Shown one piece after another: positions 63,305 to 64,000 of a stretch of DNA of 64,000 nucleotides. The stretch comes from Malacoraja senta (lineage: Eukaryota). Every line of letters begins with the position of its first letter. Within the stretch, counting starts at the first letter, position 1. Below the pieces are notes generated by a model. The model did not search any database and was not told where the DNA came from. It saw only the letters and a list, made by a program, of their open reading frames with translations. Made by a program: the position numbers and the translations under genes. The stretch lies in NCBI GenBank assembly GCA_038087875.1, contig CM075996.1:374001-438000 (forward strand), read 5' to 3'.

Positions 63305-64000
63305 CGGGAGGGGTCAGTAGGGGTGGGGTGGGCGGGTGAGGGGGAGGGTCTGATGGGGGTTGGGAGGGAGGGTTCTATGGGGGGGGTGTGGGAGGGAGGG
63401 GGGCAGGGGAGATGGGGCGTGGAGGAGAGATTTATGGGGTGTGGGCCGGGGATTCGATGGGAGGTGGGTGGGGGGAACGGGAGGGAATGGTGGGGTTTGG
63501 GTGGGAGGGTTCCATAGGTGGGTGGGGGAAGAGGTGGGAGTGGGAAATGGGGGGTGGGGGAGAGATTTACGGGGTGTGGGCACAGGATTCGATGGGTCCC
63601 TAGGGCGGGTGGGAAGGGGAGATGGGGGGGGCTGGGCATGGGGTTTCGGTAAGGGGTCGGGTGAGTGGGGGGGGTTTGATGGGGGGTGGGAGGGGGGGTT
63701 CGGTGGGGGGGTATGTGGGAAGGGGGGTGGGGGAGGGGGGGCTGGGCACGGGGTTTCGGTTGGGGGGGAGGAGGGAGGATTCTATGGGGGAGGCATGTGG
63801 GAAGGGGTGTGGGAGGGGGGCGGGGGGGAGGATTTGATGGGGGGTGGGAGGGATGGTTCGGAGGGGGGGGTGGGAGGGGGGACTGGGCACCGGTTTTCGG
63901 TGGGGGTCGGCGGGTGAGGGAGGGGGAGGGGGAAGGTGGGTGCGAGGGGGAGGGGGTGGTGGGGGGTGGGAGGGGTGATGGTTTGATGGGTGGTGGGGGG
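63305..64000 (+). repeat. G-rich degenerate minisatellite / low-complexity tract
   Basis: Recurrent units such as GGTTCTATGGGGGGG, GGGTTTCGGTGGGGG, GAGATTTAYGGGGTGTGGG; runs off the window end. Confidence 0.9.

Noticed and set aside
63181..63917. Gly-rich and Pro-rich ORFs
   Set aside because: Products of the G-rich low-complexity tract.

Overview
Repeat-dense vertebrate genomic DNA. The repeat families indicate a cartilaginous fish, probably a skate or ray (inference). The window lies inside a T-type voltage-gated calcium channel gene on the + strand, most like CACNA1I/Cav3.3. Only one 98-nt coding exon is visible (42064-42161, domain I S3-S4 voltage sensor); the rest is intron. Intronic repeats include dozens of HE1-like V-SINEs, 3' fragments of CR1, Rex1/Babar, L1/Tx1 and Vingi LINEs, and two subfamilies of Penelope-like elements (PLEs) carrying minimal hammerhead-ribozyme motifs. 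There are also ten PIF/Harbinger-type MITEs sharing one TIR, three complete hAT MITEs with 8-bp TSDs, a short non-autonomous RTE-like element, a decayed tRNA-Leu(AAG), microsatellites and two 200-N gaps. Best leads: (1) a near-canonical RE1/NRSE (REST) site at 58349-58369; (2) hammerhead-bearing palindromic mini-PLEs, two inserted at the same homologous 14-bp target in different CR1 copies; (3) a candidate HDV-like ribozyme at the 5' end of the RTE-like element; (4) a 139-bp-arm hairpin with a hammerhead core in its loop. All family names come from recalled motifs, not database searches. Boundaries are approximate unless a TSD is quoted.
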